Of a DNA stretch of 64,000 nucleotides, positions 50,306 through 63,085 are shown piece after piece. The translations under genes and the position numbers were made by a program. The stretch's first letter is position 1; each line of letters starts with the position of its first letter. Below the pieces are notes generated by a model that saw only the letters and a program-made list of their open reading frames with translations, was not told the origin of the DNA and searched no databases. This DNA is from Harriotta raleighana. Its lineage: Eukaryota. Where the stretch lies: the NCBI GenBank assembly GCA_050575255.1, contig JBNZDD010013595.1, positions 117,846 to 181,845 of the forward strand. The letters run 5' to 3'.

Positions 50306-52077
50306 TTGGAAATGGCTCAGTGATGAGGCATTACTACGGGATTGTTAATGGGTTTGGATTCACTTCCCTCAAACATGTTGAACTGAACAACAACTTGCAT
50401 TCATATAGTGGTTGAAATGCAGAGTTGCAAATCAAAGCAGTTACAAATGGACATAGTTTGATGCTGAGCTGCGGAGACAGACGAGAAAACCCAGGGCACC
50501 GTCTAAGAGGAAAATCTTAATGTATGATCTAAAGAGGAGGCAATGTGGGTAGGATTGAGACAGAGAGTTCCAGAGGTTGGGGCATAATGGCTGAAAGCAT
50601 AGGCCCAATGGTGGAGAGGAGGGGAGAAGGGACCAGAGATATGCAGAGCTCAGTAGCTTCCCATTGTTTGTTTAACTTGTTCAGACTTCTCCTGTGCATC
50701 CAGCTTGTCTGTCATTTCCTTAGTTTTGTTTTATCATTTATTTTGCATTAACAACAACAACAACAACAAAATTACACTTATAGAGAGCGTTTCACGTCAG
50801 GAGGACGTCCCAAGGCGCTGGACAGATTGGTTCAGGACCCGAGCAAGGGAAAATGTTCAGGGCGAGGGGGGGGAAGGGTGAGAGCAAGGAGGGGGTAGAG
50901 ACTCGAGAGGGGCGTTGAAGGCACGGTCGAAGAGAATCCATCATATTTGCTGATCCAGCATTGCCTTGGTCCGGAACATGCCGGAACAATTAAGGTACTT
51001 TGCACTGTTTCTTCCCATATTCGTTGAATTGCAACTTATTGCAAGTTTTGTTTTCTGCTTGTCAGTAAACCTTGACAGTTCGGAGTAAATCCAATTACAG
51101 TATACTGTATATAAATTCATTCTGTTCCCAAATTTGATAAATTCATGAAACAAACAAAATGAATCCTTATTTTTCTTTCTGAANAGCTGATCCCCCCTAT
51201 TGGAAATGGCTCAGTGATGAGGCATTACTACGGGATTGTTAATGGGTTTGGATTCACTTCCCTCAAACATGTTGAACTGAACAACAACTTGCATTCATAT
51301 AGTGGTTGAAATGCAGAGTTGCAAATCAAAGCAGTTACAAATGGACATAGTTTGATGCTGAGCTGCGGAGACAGACGAGAAAACCCAGGGCACCGTCTAA
51401 GAGGAAAATCTTAATGTATGATCTAAAGAGGAGGCAATGTGGGTAGGATTGAGACAGAGAGTTCCAGAGGTTGGGGCATAATGGCTGAAAGCATAGGCCC
51501 AATGGTGGAGAGGAGGGGAGAAGGGACCAGAGATATGCAGAGCTCAGTAGCTTCCCATTGTTTGTTTAACTTGTTCAGACTTCTCCTGTGCATCCAGCTT
51601 GTCTGTCATTTCCTTAGTTTTGTTTTATCATTTATTTTGCATTAACAACAACAACAACAACAAAATTACACTTATAGAGAGCGTTTCACGTCAGGAGGAC
51701 GTCCCAAGGCGCTGGACAGATTGGTTCAGGACCCGAGCAAGGGAAAATGTTCAGGGCGAGGGGGGGGAAGGGTGAGAGCAAGGAGGGGGTAGAGACTCGA
51801 GAGGGGCGTTGAAGGCACGGTCGAAGAGAATCCATCATATTTGCTGATCCAGCATTGCCTTGGTCCGGAACATGCCGGAACAATTAAGGTACTTTGCACT
51901 GTTTCTTCCCATATTCGTTGAATTGCAACTTATTGCAAGTTTTGTTTTCTGCTTGTCAGTAAACCTTGACAGTTCGGAGTAAATCCAATTACAGTATACT
52001 GTATATAAATTCATTCTGTTCCCAAATTTGATAAATTCATGAAACAAACAAAATGAATCCTTATTTTTCTTTCTGAA
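50291..52077. other. 893-bp apparently identical tandem duplication separated by one N (probable unmerged contig overlap)
   Basis: 50291-51183 equals 51185-52077; N at 51184; identical ORFs offset by 894. Confidence 0.88.
50750..50938 (-). mobile_element. L2 type C 3' end (duplicated at 51644-51832)
   Basis: Reverse complement of the 1-147 element. Confidence 0.88.
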
Positions 52078-52917
52078 ATATCAGTCCAGCTTTCCCTCTT
52101 CTTGATAACCCTTTCCCTCAATTGATTTACAAAGAAATAGAGTAATGACTGATAATGGCTAAAAGCACAGCCGTAATGGTGGAGCAGAGGGGAGAGAAAA
52201 GCAATACTCAATGAAATGAAGATTACAGGACCAGTCTGTAGTATGATCCTAGTTTTAATGGGTGTGGAAAAATCCTTCAGATCGGATGATTTACCTGCAC
52301 TTAATATTAGTGGGAATCGTAGCACCAGTAGTCTTGGGACCAGCCAAGACCCTAGTGAGATCAATGCAAATTTTAAGCTGATTTGTTTTCCAAACCATGC
52401 GAGTTGCTCTTCAGTTTAGTTTAGACTTTGAGCATACTTGTCTTTTCAACACAAAAATGCCAGCTTTTTCAATGGAGCAAATATTTTGAAGTCCACGATT
52501 TTCTAATTCAATCAGCAATGTTACATACCTCTAGCATAAACAGTGTGCCATAGAAATTGCTCTACTGGAGATGGTTTTATTTGTTTGAATTGTATTTCAC
52601 TGACTTCACACAAAGGTGCTTGTGAGTGAGTGTTTTTTTCCATATTATATCAACAAATTTCATTACAGTGGTTTTATTTTGCTGGAGATTACAGTACAGA
52701 GCATTTAGTGTTTAGTGTCACTTTGTTTTCCAATTTTCTGAACTGCTGTACAGTTCAGTATGCCCTCCAGCTCCAAGCTAGCAGCTTAAATGACTCTGCT
52801 GTGTACAATTCCAGGCCTCCAAGTGACCTGAATCTTGTGGTGAATTTGCTGCTCAGGTATTGTGGCATTGACCGTGTCAAGCCTGGAATAAGCGACAGTA
52901 GCACCTCTTAACTAGCA

Positions 52918-54058
52918 ACCCCCAAGAGGATCGGCTTCAAGATCCTCGTCCTCACTTTCAAGGCCATTCACGGCCTTGGCCTGCCTATTTCTCTGACCTG
53001 CTGTCTCCCTATCAGCCTGCCCGCATCCTCCATTCAGCAGACTCAGGCCTGCTCCGCATTCACCGCCCTAACCGCCCAACCATCGGTGGTCGGGCTTTCA
53101 TCCTCTCTGCCCCCACACTTTAGAACTCCATCCCACAGACCCTCCGCCTTGCTTCCTCCCTTTCCTCCTTCAAGGCCGGTCTCAAGACCTTCCTCTTTGA
53201 CCACATCAGCGGCTCCCCCCACCCCCAACAACTCTTTCCTCTCTCCCACTCTCCTTCCCCCTCATCCTCCCCTCAACCCCCCTACCCCTGTTCGGGTGCT
53301 ACTCTTCAACCCCCAACTATCCTTCCTCCCCCACATCCGGTCCCTCACCACCACTGCTTTTTTCCACCTCTGACGGATCACCAGTTTCCGGCAAACCAAA
53401 GCCGCTGAAACCCTGGTCCACGCCTTTGTCACCTCTCGGCTGGACTATTCCAATGCCCTCCTTGCCGGTCTCCCCTCCTCCACAATCCATAAAATCCAAC
53501 ACATCCAAAACTCTGCCGCCCGCATACTCACCTGCACCAAATTTCGGTCCCCCATTACCCGGATACTTGACAGACTTCACTGGCTCCCTATCCCAGAGAG
53601 GAACGACTTCAAGATCCTTATCCTAGTCTTCAAATCCTTCCACTGCTCTGCAACCCCCTACCTCTCTGACCTCCTCTCTCCTCAAACCAGCTCCTGATGC
53701 CTTCGCTCCACTGGGTCTGGGTTCCTCCATGTCCCCCGAATCCTCCTCTCCACCCTCAGCACCATGCCTTCAGCCACTATACCCCGAGGCTCTGGAATTC
53801 CCTTTCTCACTACCTTTGCCTTTTCTCAACTTCAGGTCCCAGCTGAAGACCTTTCACTTCGACCGCGCTTTGGTCAGCTTTCTACATCTGCCCCTGGCTC
53901 AGTCCCAGGATCCGCTATTGTGAAGCGCTCTGAGACGCCGTCCAGCGTGGAGGGCGCTAAATGAATTGAAGTTGTTGTTGTCGCGACCTGATTGTTCAGC
54001 GCTTTGGGACGTCCTCCCAACATGAAAGGCGCTATACAAGTGTAATTTTGTTGTTTTT
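52918..54058 (+). mobile_element. L2 type A 3' part (52918-53294 and 53981-54058) hosting an L2 type B insertion (53295-53980)
   Basis: The type-A ORF end and C-rich UTR switch to LLFNPQLSFLPHIRSL..type-B tail; the type-A tail then resumes. Confidence 0.88.
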
Positions 54059-54404
54059 TCACCCATTTCCTAGCATTTCTGGAAAGAAAGGCGAGAAAAC
54101 AATAATAATAATCCTTGCATTTGATATAACATTGTTGAAACCTTTCACAAAAGTGATTCAGTTTCACAGAATTTTTTTGTAAAGTGTAGAGACCGTCCAG
54201 GTGGAGGGCGCTATATAAATCAAAATTGTTGTTGGACTGTGTATTTTGTAGCCAGGAAGATGGTGGCAATGCTCTCACACATTTCATGCTGAGCTGTGTT
54301 GCCCATTAGGAAGTTCTCAGGAAGTTCTTGGTATCTATCATCCACCTAGTGAGAGCTCAAACATGCGCTTGTCAGATGTCAAACAACCCTCTTGTGATTA
54401 TCTT

Positions 54405-55095
54405 TGAGCTGAACTGGCTTCAAGGTGACATGTTTGGCAATGGAATGTAGGAATCAAGGCCACTCTTTATGGCGGTTTCTTTGTGGTAGTCCAGTTCCTG
54501 AGCCAGGTGGGTTTGCAATATTCCACAGCACTGCTGATGACAGCATCGCCAAGCTCACTATCCATGAGGGCTTTGACTTTGGGGTTAACGGCAGCTGAGT
54601 GGAAAGAGTGCTCCCTGTCAATTGCCTTACATGCCTTACAAGCATGAGACCTGTGTTCGAATCTAGGCAGATCAGGGCGAAACCTTGGACAAGTTTCCTT
54701 ACTCCACATGCCTAATAATAATCCCTCAAAAAAAAAAAACACAATAATAAAATTGGTCATTTCAATCCTCGACTGTTTGTGGGACACTGCTGTGCGCAAT
54801 TGGCTGCCGTGTTCCGCCCACAAATATACAGTCAATTCACTTTACAGTATATTCTGTGAAGCGCTTTGGGACGTTGATAAGATGTGAAAAGCGCTACATC
54901 AAATGCAAGGATTATTATTATTATCTGCCTTTCCAGGTCCTCCCAATGAGCCAGGCTAGCTGTGCTAAAGCAGCAGTGCCCTGGAATACTGCGCACTCGC
55001 AAGCTCAAAGTGGACTTTGAAGACCCTTGGCAGAGGGATTGGCTTGATCTTGGCATTCTGCTGCCAAATATGTCACCTTAGACCCAGATCATCTC
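54405..55095. repeat. Imperfect fold-back (palindromic) element, arms ~54405-54572 and ~54936-55095
   Basis: aaggtgacatgtttggcaatggaatg vs cattctgctgccaaatatgtcacctt; gcaatattccacagcactgctg vs cagcagtgccctggaatactgc; intervening blocks are colinear. Confidence 0.75.
54633..54923 (+). mobile_element. Family S1 SINE lacking the A box, inserted in the centre of the fold-back element
   Basis: gccttacaagcatgagacctgtgttcgaatc..(tta)n; possible TSD tgcctt. Confidence 0.93.
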
Positions 55096-56489
55096 CAATT
55101 AGACAAACTAGCATTAGTTATTCAGACAATGGAGTTGTAAAGAACTTGCAAAATGAAATTCTTTTTCTCTAGGGAACTTCTTACATCATTCAAACGCGCA
55201 AGATCTCTGGTTGGGTTTCAGTGTAAAAAAACTCAGTTTGCATTGCTGGAAGGCAGGTGTCAAGAGATTCTGTGCTCTGGATAAGGCATTAATACCAAAG
55301 ATTCACTGACCTACCCTCAGATGGAGATCATAGGCGAAAGATCCCATGAAATTAAAAAAGAAGGAAGGTGTCTTTTGCGTTGTGTGGACTTGCTGGTGTA
55401 AATGGCTGCTGGGTTTGCCTACAAAAAATATAGTAGTTACTATATTTGACCATATTTACTGTAAAGCACTTTGAGTATTGTCGGTGTATAAGGTGGTATG
55501 TAAGACTGCCATGTTCTTCTGTTCTGCAAATGTTATTCTTAACCATATCTTTCATCATCCAATGTAAAACATCACATTTTAAGTCTCTTTGTAGGGAGTA
55601 TCTCATCAGTATTTCATTTGAAAGTATTTCCAGTGACTTTTATTTAACATCCTTTATTTCCTGCTGCCAATTTCAGTGTATGTGAGTACTGTACGGTACT
55701 TTATAAACTGAGTTAGGCTTGTCATGTGTGGAACTAATTGAAAGTGAAAATGGAATTTTTACCATAAGTTAATTGCTGAAATCATGATCTCTTTCTCAGT
55801 TATTGGCAGAAATTAGATTATATTGCTGCAAAATGGTCATTAACTACACAATCAGCATATGATCAACTCCTTTGAGTGAGTGGGCCTATACTAGGCATCT
55901 AACAGCTGTGTGAGAGTCAGCCATTGATTTGCTCATGATGTAATATAACTTCTTCACTAAATCAACCCTCTTCAGCTATAAATTTTCTCTTCTGTTTGAC
56001 AAACCTTCTTTATTCCACTTGACCTCACTGCCATGCTTTCTGCAACAATCATTCAGGTTTCATTCCAGGACTCGGGCAAAGTTGTTTTTCACACATCCAG
56101 GGTCAAATCTCAATATAATTGTGGGGTTCCGGGTCAATTGGTATCTAGTAGCAAAGCTTAGAAACAAGATGCAGGGCATTTCTTTGCCCAGGGCTAGAAA
56201 GATTTGCTCACTGATTGTACTGCAGTCCGCAGTGGAAGCCACAAACTGCATGGAATTGTCTGCTGTAAATCATTGCAGGGCTGGACGATGCAATGCTTCG
56301 ATGCACTGAGCTGAAACTGACTGATGCAGGTTTCAATTCCAGTGATAGGTGACCTTCTCCTTCAGTTTGTGCACCTAATGCAGTATTTAATGCAGTATCA
56401 ACCTAGTTCGCTGCTGGTGGAAGGGATTTCCAACATTTTCTCTTATCTTTCATTGCACTGGTGTGTTTCTATTTCCCCTTCACACAACA

Positions 56490-56810
56490 CCAAAGATTTG
56501 TTTTCACTTCCGTCTCGGGATGTGAGCAGCACCAGCAGAGCCTGCAAATTATTGCCCATCCCTGGTGCCAGTTTTTCTTACAACTGAGTGGCTTGCCAGA
56601 AGGTGTTACATGTCAAGTGTGGGAATTACAGTCACATGTAGGCCAAACCGGGTAACGGTAGCAGATTTCCTTCCTTGAAGGACATTAGGGAGCCCATTCA
56701 TTTTTACATCAATCCAAAAACTTTAATGGGATTTTTTCTGTCACAGCTCAAATTACCAATTTGTCTTCAAATTCAACTTCAAACAGCCACAACAGGCTTC
56801 AAATCCATGT
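56490..56810 (-). mobile_element. Ancient SINE-like element of a different family
   Basis: ttattgcccatccct, caactgagtggcttgc and gtcacatgtaggccaaaccgggtaacggtagcagatttccttccttgaaggacattag match a shark interspersed repeat that I recall but cannot name reliably. Confidence 0.5.
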
Positions 56811-56829
56811 TTGAGACAGAATCCATGTT

Positions 56830-56995
56830 CATTTTCAAAGGAGAGCTTTGAAAGAAAAATTGTCTCAGTAATGTCACGGGAAAGCAATGTTTTTGAGATT
56901 TTTCTGTTTTACAGATCAGCTATGATCTAATTAAATGGTGGAACAGGCTTGAAGGGCTGAATGACCTACTTCTGTTCCTATGTCCCTATGTTCCT
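56830..56995 (+). mobile_element. CR1-clade 3' tail
   Basis: agatcagctatgatct..aatggtggaacaggcttgaagggctgaatgacctacttctgttcctatg(tccctatg) repeats. Confidence 0.8.
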
Positions 56996-58956
56996 TGGTA
57001 TGTTCCTTTGAGTTGCAGTGTGCTTACATCACTGGAAACTGCAATCTTTTTGTTAGATAAAAGAAAGAAGTGGGTATTGTTAAAAAAAAATCTTTTGACG
57101 ACTTGTTTATAATGCAATTTCTGATTACAGAGAATCTCTCCATTCTAAAACAAGTAAAGAAAAGATTGCAATTTTAGTGAATATTGCCTACCCCCGATCC
57201 TTCTTTAACACAAGTACAGTACTAATAAGAATCCTTACATTTGATGTGGCAGTTTAACATACAGTACATTGAAATGTCTCAAAGCCCTGCAAGACTTACT
57301 TTGAAATGTAGTGACTGTGTATTTGTTGTTGCAGACACAGCAGCCAGTTTGTATTGTACACAGCAAAGTCCAACAGCATTGGAGCCGAATAACCAATTTG
57401 CTGGCCGGGAAACTCTAGGGAACAGTGAAAACGTTTTGCGCCCAGGAGAAAATTGCTGCTTATTAATTAACAAAGTGGTTATTTGGGCAAAACAATCTGA
57501 ATACTGTTATTCATTTAGTGAAATTGGATATATGATAGTGTTGTTTCAGTTAGGTTTAGTCCAAACTAGGGAGCTAGCCTGCTAATTTAGTAGAATTGCT
57601 GCTTGCCCTGGGGATAATATTAAGACAACTGTGCTATTTAGCATACTATAAACTCTGCTATTGAAATTCTATTACCATAAAGGTTATTTTTTGTGTCTGG
57701 GTTAAACTATTTCAACAACTTTACATCAGTCTTGCTGAGAAATGGTTTGTGCTTCGTTAAAGCTGTACTCTGGACCTTTGAGACAGATAACATAATACAG
57801 CACTGGCCCAACACCGATAAATCAAAACCAGTTCAACAGAGTTGAAAAGGTACACCGTGCTGCTAGTCTTAGGGGGTGTTGGCTTGAGAATTTGAAATCT
57901 TCGGTAATGCTACTGTTGAAACTTCATGTATGCTGGCAGACAAATTAGTTGCCATGGAAATAGTGCAGCTAAACTGTAGAGCTATATTTAATAAGATGAG
58001 GAATATTTCTAGAAATCTTTGAGCATAGAAATATACAGTATATACTATCTGGAATTTCAAAATGGTTTTGATAAAGTCTGCTTTGCAAACCTTTAGTGGG
58101 AATCAATAATAAGACTTAGATGTGGATTAGTAGCTAGTAAATAGGCTATTAATCACAACAGAGCAAACCAACACCTTCAATCCTTAGTACTACTGTTTGG
58201 CCTTATATTAATAAGTAACATATGAGTTCTGGCACTGCAAATTTTCTTTCTACTCAAACCGAGATTTACCTCAGAATCTCTTTAATATTAGTTTGCTTAA
58301 CTCCTTTCCCCCTTCCTCCCTAGCCTGGCCATGGTCAAATGGCCATCTCATCCTGGAATTACATCTTTGGCTAGGACACTATGTGCTGCATCTTCCTCTG
58401 ATATTTCCCAGCTACTGTGCACTGTTTGGGATATCCTGACATTTAAATTATAGGCTATAAATTGCATTACTTGATGTTAAGATTCTTTGTGGCTAGTTAG
58501 CTGGAAATGGAATCTGCTGTCGTTTCTGCTTCTGTTTACCTGCTGCTCAGTGGGTCCACAGAGCCTCATAAATTCAGTCTGCAAGTACGCCTGCAATGCT
58601 ATGTCCTCAAATGGTTATTCAAAGCAATTTTTTACAAAATAAACCAAGTTACATTGCCCCAGAGCTGTATCTTAGGACAAGCACAGCTGCAGCATTTCCC
58701 CTCACAAATATAGGAATTGAGGGGAAATAGGGTTCACAGACCCTGTGGTCTACGGGTCATCCCCCCCCCCCACCCCCGGATCAGTATAATTCTCCACCAC
58801 TGTCAAGTACACTGGGACGCTACCTACATGAGTGGTGCTTTAGAAATGCAAATTGTTGTTATTGTTGTGAATAGGGTGAATGCCCATCCTTCTTTGGTGA
58901 AGAGGGAGGGTTGGTAAGCAGTGTCTCCTTGGAGCTGAGCTGGCTCCAAGATAACT

Positions 58957-59640
58957 GGCATCCGGTTTGACCCCCAGCTGTCCTTCCATCCCTACATGCA
59001 CCTCCTGACCAGGACCGCCTTCTTCCACCTCCACCACATTGCCCACCTCTGACCATATCTTACCCCAAGTAGCCAAAACCTTTGTGCGTGCGTTTGTCAC
59101 CTCCTACCTGGATTACTCAAACAGCCTCTTCGCTTGTCTCCCCAGCTCCACTTTCAAAAGAACCAGCTCATTCAGAACTCTGCAACCCTCACACATATCT
59201 AGACCAAACTCCCTACTCACATCCCACCAGTTATGGCCAGGCTCCACTGGCTCCCAATCACCGAATGGATTGACTTTCCTTCACTCTTTGGCACCTCCCT
59301 ATCTCTCTGACCTCTTCCTCACTCCCCCAAACTATGGAATAGTCTCGATCACAGAGAGTGCACATTCCATTCCAAACCGGGAAGAGGGAGATTTCCATGT
59401 GTATCTAACATATATATGTAGAACTCTGCCTGGATTCGCTACTCCTAAGCACAGTGACAGTGACGCATTTTCTGCATGTGTTGGACACCTGGCTGTCTAA
59501 AGAAGTACTATCCACCTGGAGACCTATGCCCTTTCTGTCAGCTTTATGTTAGTATTGCCTGCGTACTAGCTTGTTGCTCTATCAGTGCCTTGGGACATGC
59601 TCCTGATGTGAAAGGCACTATACAAGTAATTTTGTTGTAA
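58957..59640 (+). mobile_element. Old L2 C-terminal fragment (58957-59330) and tail (59520-59640), with a family X segment (59335-59500) between them
   Basis: FDPQLSF..VRAFVTSYLDYSNSLF..LAPPYLSDL; tail ccttgggacatgctcctgatgtgaaaggc. Confidence 0.8.
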
Positions 59641-60024
59641 TTTTAGTTGTATTTTTAACAATGCTTCAACTGAAAACATGTAGAGGTGTAAATGGGGAGA
59701 TTGTTGTTTGAATACCTTTTTTCACCAAGTACAGTTCAGTAGTTACTTTTCAGCAAGATTTCATTGCACATCTTTGTGAGCTTGGAGAGTTTTTAGACAC
59801 ACATCATTTCAGGCTGTACACATGGTTTTATTGTTGGGAAAGGTGGCATAGAAATAATTATTTGAATGCATTATTTTTCACATCTTATATACATGAGAGA
59901 TCCTAGGAAAAGGAAAGACCATTTGCCCTACCAGTAAGATATTTGAGAAATATTGGGGTATTATTAGGTATTTTATAACCAATTTGCGTTACATTGATTT
60001 GTTGTAAATATTGGCATATTATGC

Positions 60025-60170
60025 ATAAGAATAAGAACAAAAAAACATAAGAATTAGAAGCAGGAGTAGGCCATTCGGCCCCTCGATCCTGCCCCGCTAG
60101 TCAATAAGATCATGACTGATCTATTCTAACTCCACCTACCTACCTTATCCCCATAACGCTTAATCCCTTT
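60025..60170 (-). mobile_element. CR1-clade 3' tail
   Basis: cataagaa repeats plus gcaggagtaggccattcggcccctcga..gatcatgactgatc; homologous to 60819-60950. Confidence 0.85.
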
Positions 60171-60818
60171 ATTAATGATAATTCTCAACTGGCTTTGGTA
60201 TGAGCACCTTTTCCCCTATTGAGGTAGGCTGGTAATACATTAACCATCAGTAGGACTCTGTTTTCTGCAATCGGAAACAACATTGACATTGGTCACCAGC
60301 AAGGACAAAGCATGTGATCTACATCAGCTTCCAGTCCAGCATTTGTATCTGAGTCGGGGAAGTAGAGGAGGCATTTACATAGGAACCCCTCAACAACCTT
60401 TGCCTGAAATTCTGGCTTTTCTTGCCTGATTTGGTATAATAATTATCGCAACCAACCTGTTATAAAAGTTACATTTTTATCCAAAATATTCCCATTCCTC
60501 TTTGAAGGCATTTATTGGTGCCAAGTTTATGTATGAGTTTACATTTTGTGAATGCAGATTATTGGATTTTTACATCAATGGAAATGTCTGTTGACTGATG
60601 AGAGAAGGTCTTTGAAGACGACTACTGGGCTCCTCTTTGTAATGTTAGCTCAGTGACATTGACTGCTGTTGGATGCCTCTCTGTAACGTTAACTGAGTAA
60701 ATATTTTTGTAATGTTGGTTTACTCTTTGTAACATTCGTGCTTAGTGACACTATAATAAGTAGTAATAACATTGGTCAGTGTAACATTGGCTGTCTAATA
60801 GTTCTCAGAGTTGCCATT

Positions 60819-61413
60819 ATAAGAACATAAGAATTATCAGCAGGAGTAAGCCTTCCAGCCCTTCGAACCTGCCCCGCCATTCAGTAAAATCATGGCTGAT
60901 CTTCTGACTTAACTCTAATTACCTGCCCTATCCCCATATCCCCTAATCCCTCTATTTTAAAAAAAAAATCTCATCAGTCTCAGCCTTGAAAATGTTCAAG
61001 GACTGAGCATCCACTGCCTTCTGGGGTAATGAATTTCATAAACTAACTACCCTCTGAGTGAAGAAATGTTTCCTCAACTCTGTTCTAAAAGGCTGACCCT
61101 TAATTTTAAGACTGTGACCCCTGGTTATAGATTCTCCTACCAGGGGAAACAGTCCCTCAGTGTCTACTTTATCCAGCCCTTTAAGAATCTTATATGTTTC
61201 AATAAGATCCCCCCTAATTCTTCTGTACTCTAGAGAATACAGCCCTAGTTTATTCAACCTATCCTCAATGGTCAGTCCCCTCAACCCAGGAACTAACCTA
61301 GTGAATCTACACTGCACCCACCTCTAAGGCAAGTATGTTCTTTTTTAAATAAGGAGGCCAAAACACAATACTCTAGGTGCGGTCTCACCAAAGCCCTATA
61401 CAGTTCAGCAAGA
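60819..61413 (-). mobile_element. CR1-clade LINE (shark HER1-like), ORF2 C-terminus plus 3'UTR, 5'-truncated
   Basis: LYRALVRPHLEY upstream; RFTRLVPGLRGL..RLNKLGLYSLEYRRIRGDLIETYKILKG..TRGHSLKIKGQPFRTELRKHFFTQRVV; (ttcttatg)n tail. Confidence 0.95.
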
Positions 61414-62924
61414 CATTATCCACATTATCCACAGCAATTCCATCAGGAAAAACAAAATGAAACATTAAATAAGAAAGCAAAATCAAAACATCAATTTAAA
61501 GAAAAATTAAAGAAACACAATTTAAAACTATAACATTCAAAGAGTTAATCTTAGAGAATCATATTTCCCATGGTCACTTTTCCTTTTATTTGCTACTTTA
61601 ATGAATAACTCAGGAATAAAAACATTATTTGCAACCAATAAAGTAATAGATTCATGTAAACAGAAAGAGGCAAGAAAGATGTCTAACCAATTCACTGTCA
61701 ATTTCTGTATTCATGTCACTTACTGCCACTGAATGTGTGTAATCAGTGTAGCAAACACAACGTAGGCAACTATCTAGTAATTTATTGTCAGTGGATGACC
61801 AATACCGTTGAAAGCTCCTTCGAACCCCATGAAAGTTTTATCAATGTCTTTGGTATTAACTGGGCCACGTGTGGCCATTGTGAACTATGTTGAATAATAT
61901 ATATTTATCACCACTCAGTGTATGTATGGCACTATTAAGGTTAACATTTCCTGTAAAAAGAAGGCTTTCCGTAAAAGTTTGTGCTGCAGTACAAGGATTC
62001 ATTAGGGTGAACTCTCAAAGGGAATGAATCTGTCAGCAACTTCTGCTCCAGTTTTGGTTACTGTTCTGTCCAGCTGCAGGCGGTCAACAGCAAATGATAA
62101 CGTTAGAAGGAGTTGTGCGCACTTTGCAATTAAACTTCCTTATTACTGCAGATGTCCTGCAGGGTTTCTTTTGCAAAGTATTTCCATTAAAATTAAATGG
62201 TTTGTTCATTATTTTTGTAACTGACCGAAGACTTAAAAGGTAATTGTTGAACTCTTGATAGATGAGTTGTAAAGTGCAGTGGGGTCTGTTGAATTAGTTG
62301 TCACATCAAAACTTGGAGTAGAATTTCTTTTTCGAATCTCATAAGTAGAAATGTAATTGGAATATTTTTGACTTCAAAATCACTTTCATGTGGATGTCTT
62401 AAAAAGTATGGACACATCCAGTATGTGGGCATGAGCAGAACCCAAATTGACTTGTGTTTATACTGCAGCGATGTGCACTGATGTGCTGCAGAAACCACCT
62501 CCAGTAGGTGACCGAAGCAACCAACATGTTTTATATTTAGATCACAGTTAGTACAAATTCATACTGAACTTTTCATGGGAAACTAATGTGAAAAGCACAG
62601 TGCAAACCGGAAATTTTCATCCTAAAAAGGCTACGCTTTTCATCAAAGAGTATTGAGCAAATCTTCCTTAACTTTATATGCAACCACACACATTGTAATG
62701 TGCATTGGAAACACATTGTGTCACTTCTGTGATATGTGGCAACTTGCTCTTGTGGAGCTAGGAATTTTTAATGTTGCAAATCATATGAAATTTTGGGAAA
62801 ACATCTTGATTTCGAAGCCAGATTTCCATAGAAGCCTCAGAAAGGCTCCAAAGGGACCTCAGAAAATCAACAATAACTACATTGGTCTTCTGAGTGAACA
62901 GGTTGATACGAGATTAACAGGTCA

Positions 62925-63085
62925 CAAAGGTAGGAAGGAGCAAGCTCCTTGGAGAGCTTTGAAGGTGAGGACAACGATTTTGAACTCTATTCTCTGAGAG
63001 ATGGGGAGCTAGTGGAGCCGGGGGATAGTAGGGTTGATGGAGCCTGTAGCGGGAAGGCATGAGCTGCAGAATTCCAAGTGAGCTT
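62925..63085 (-). mobile_element. Old L2 ORF2 fragment
   Basis: The minus strand reads LH*LPISQRIEFKIVVLTFKALQGACSF. Confidence 0.7.
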
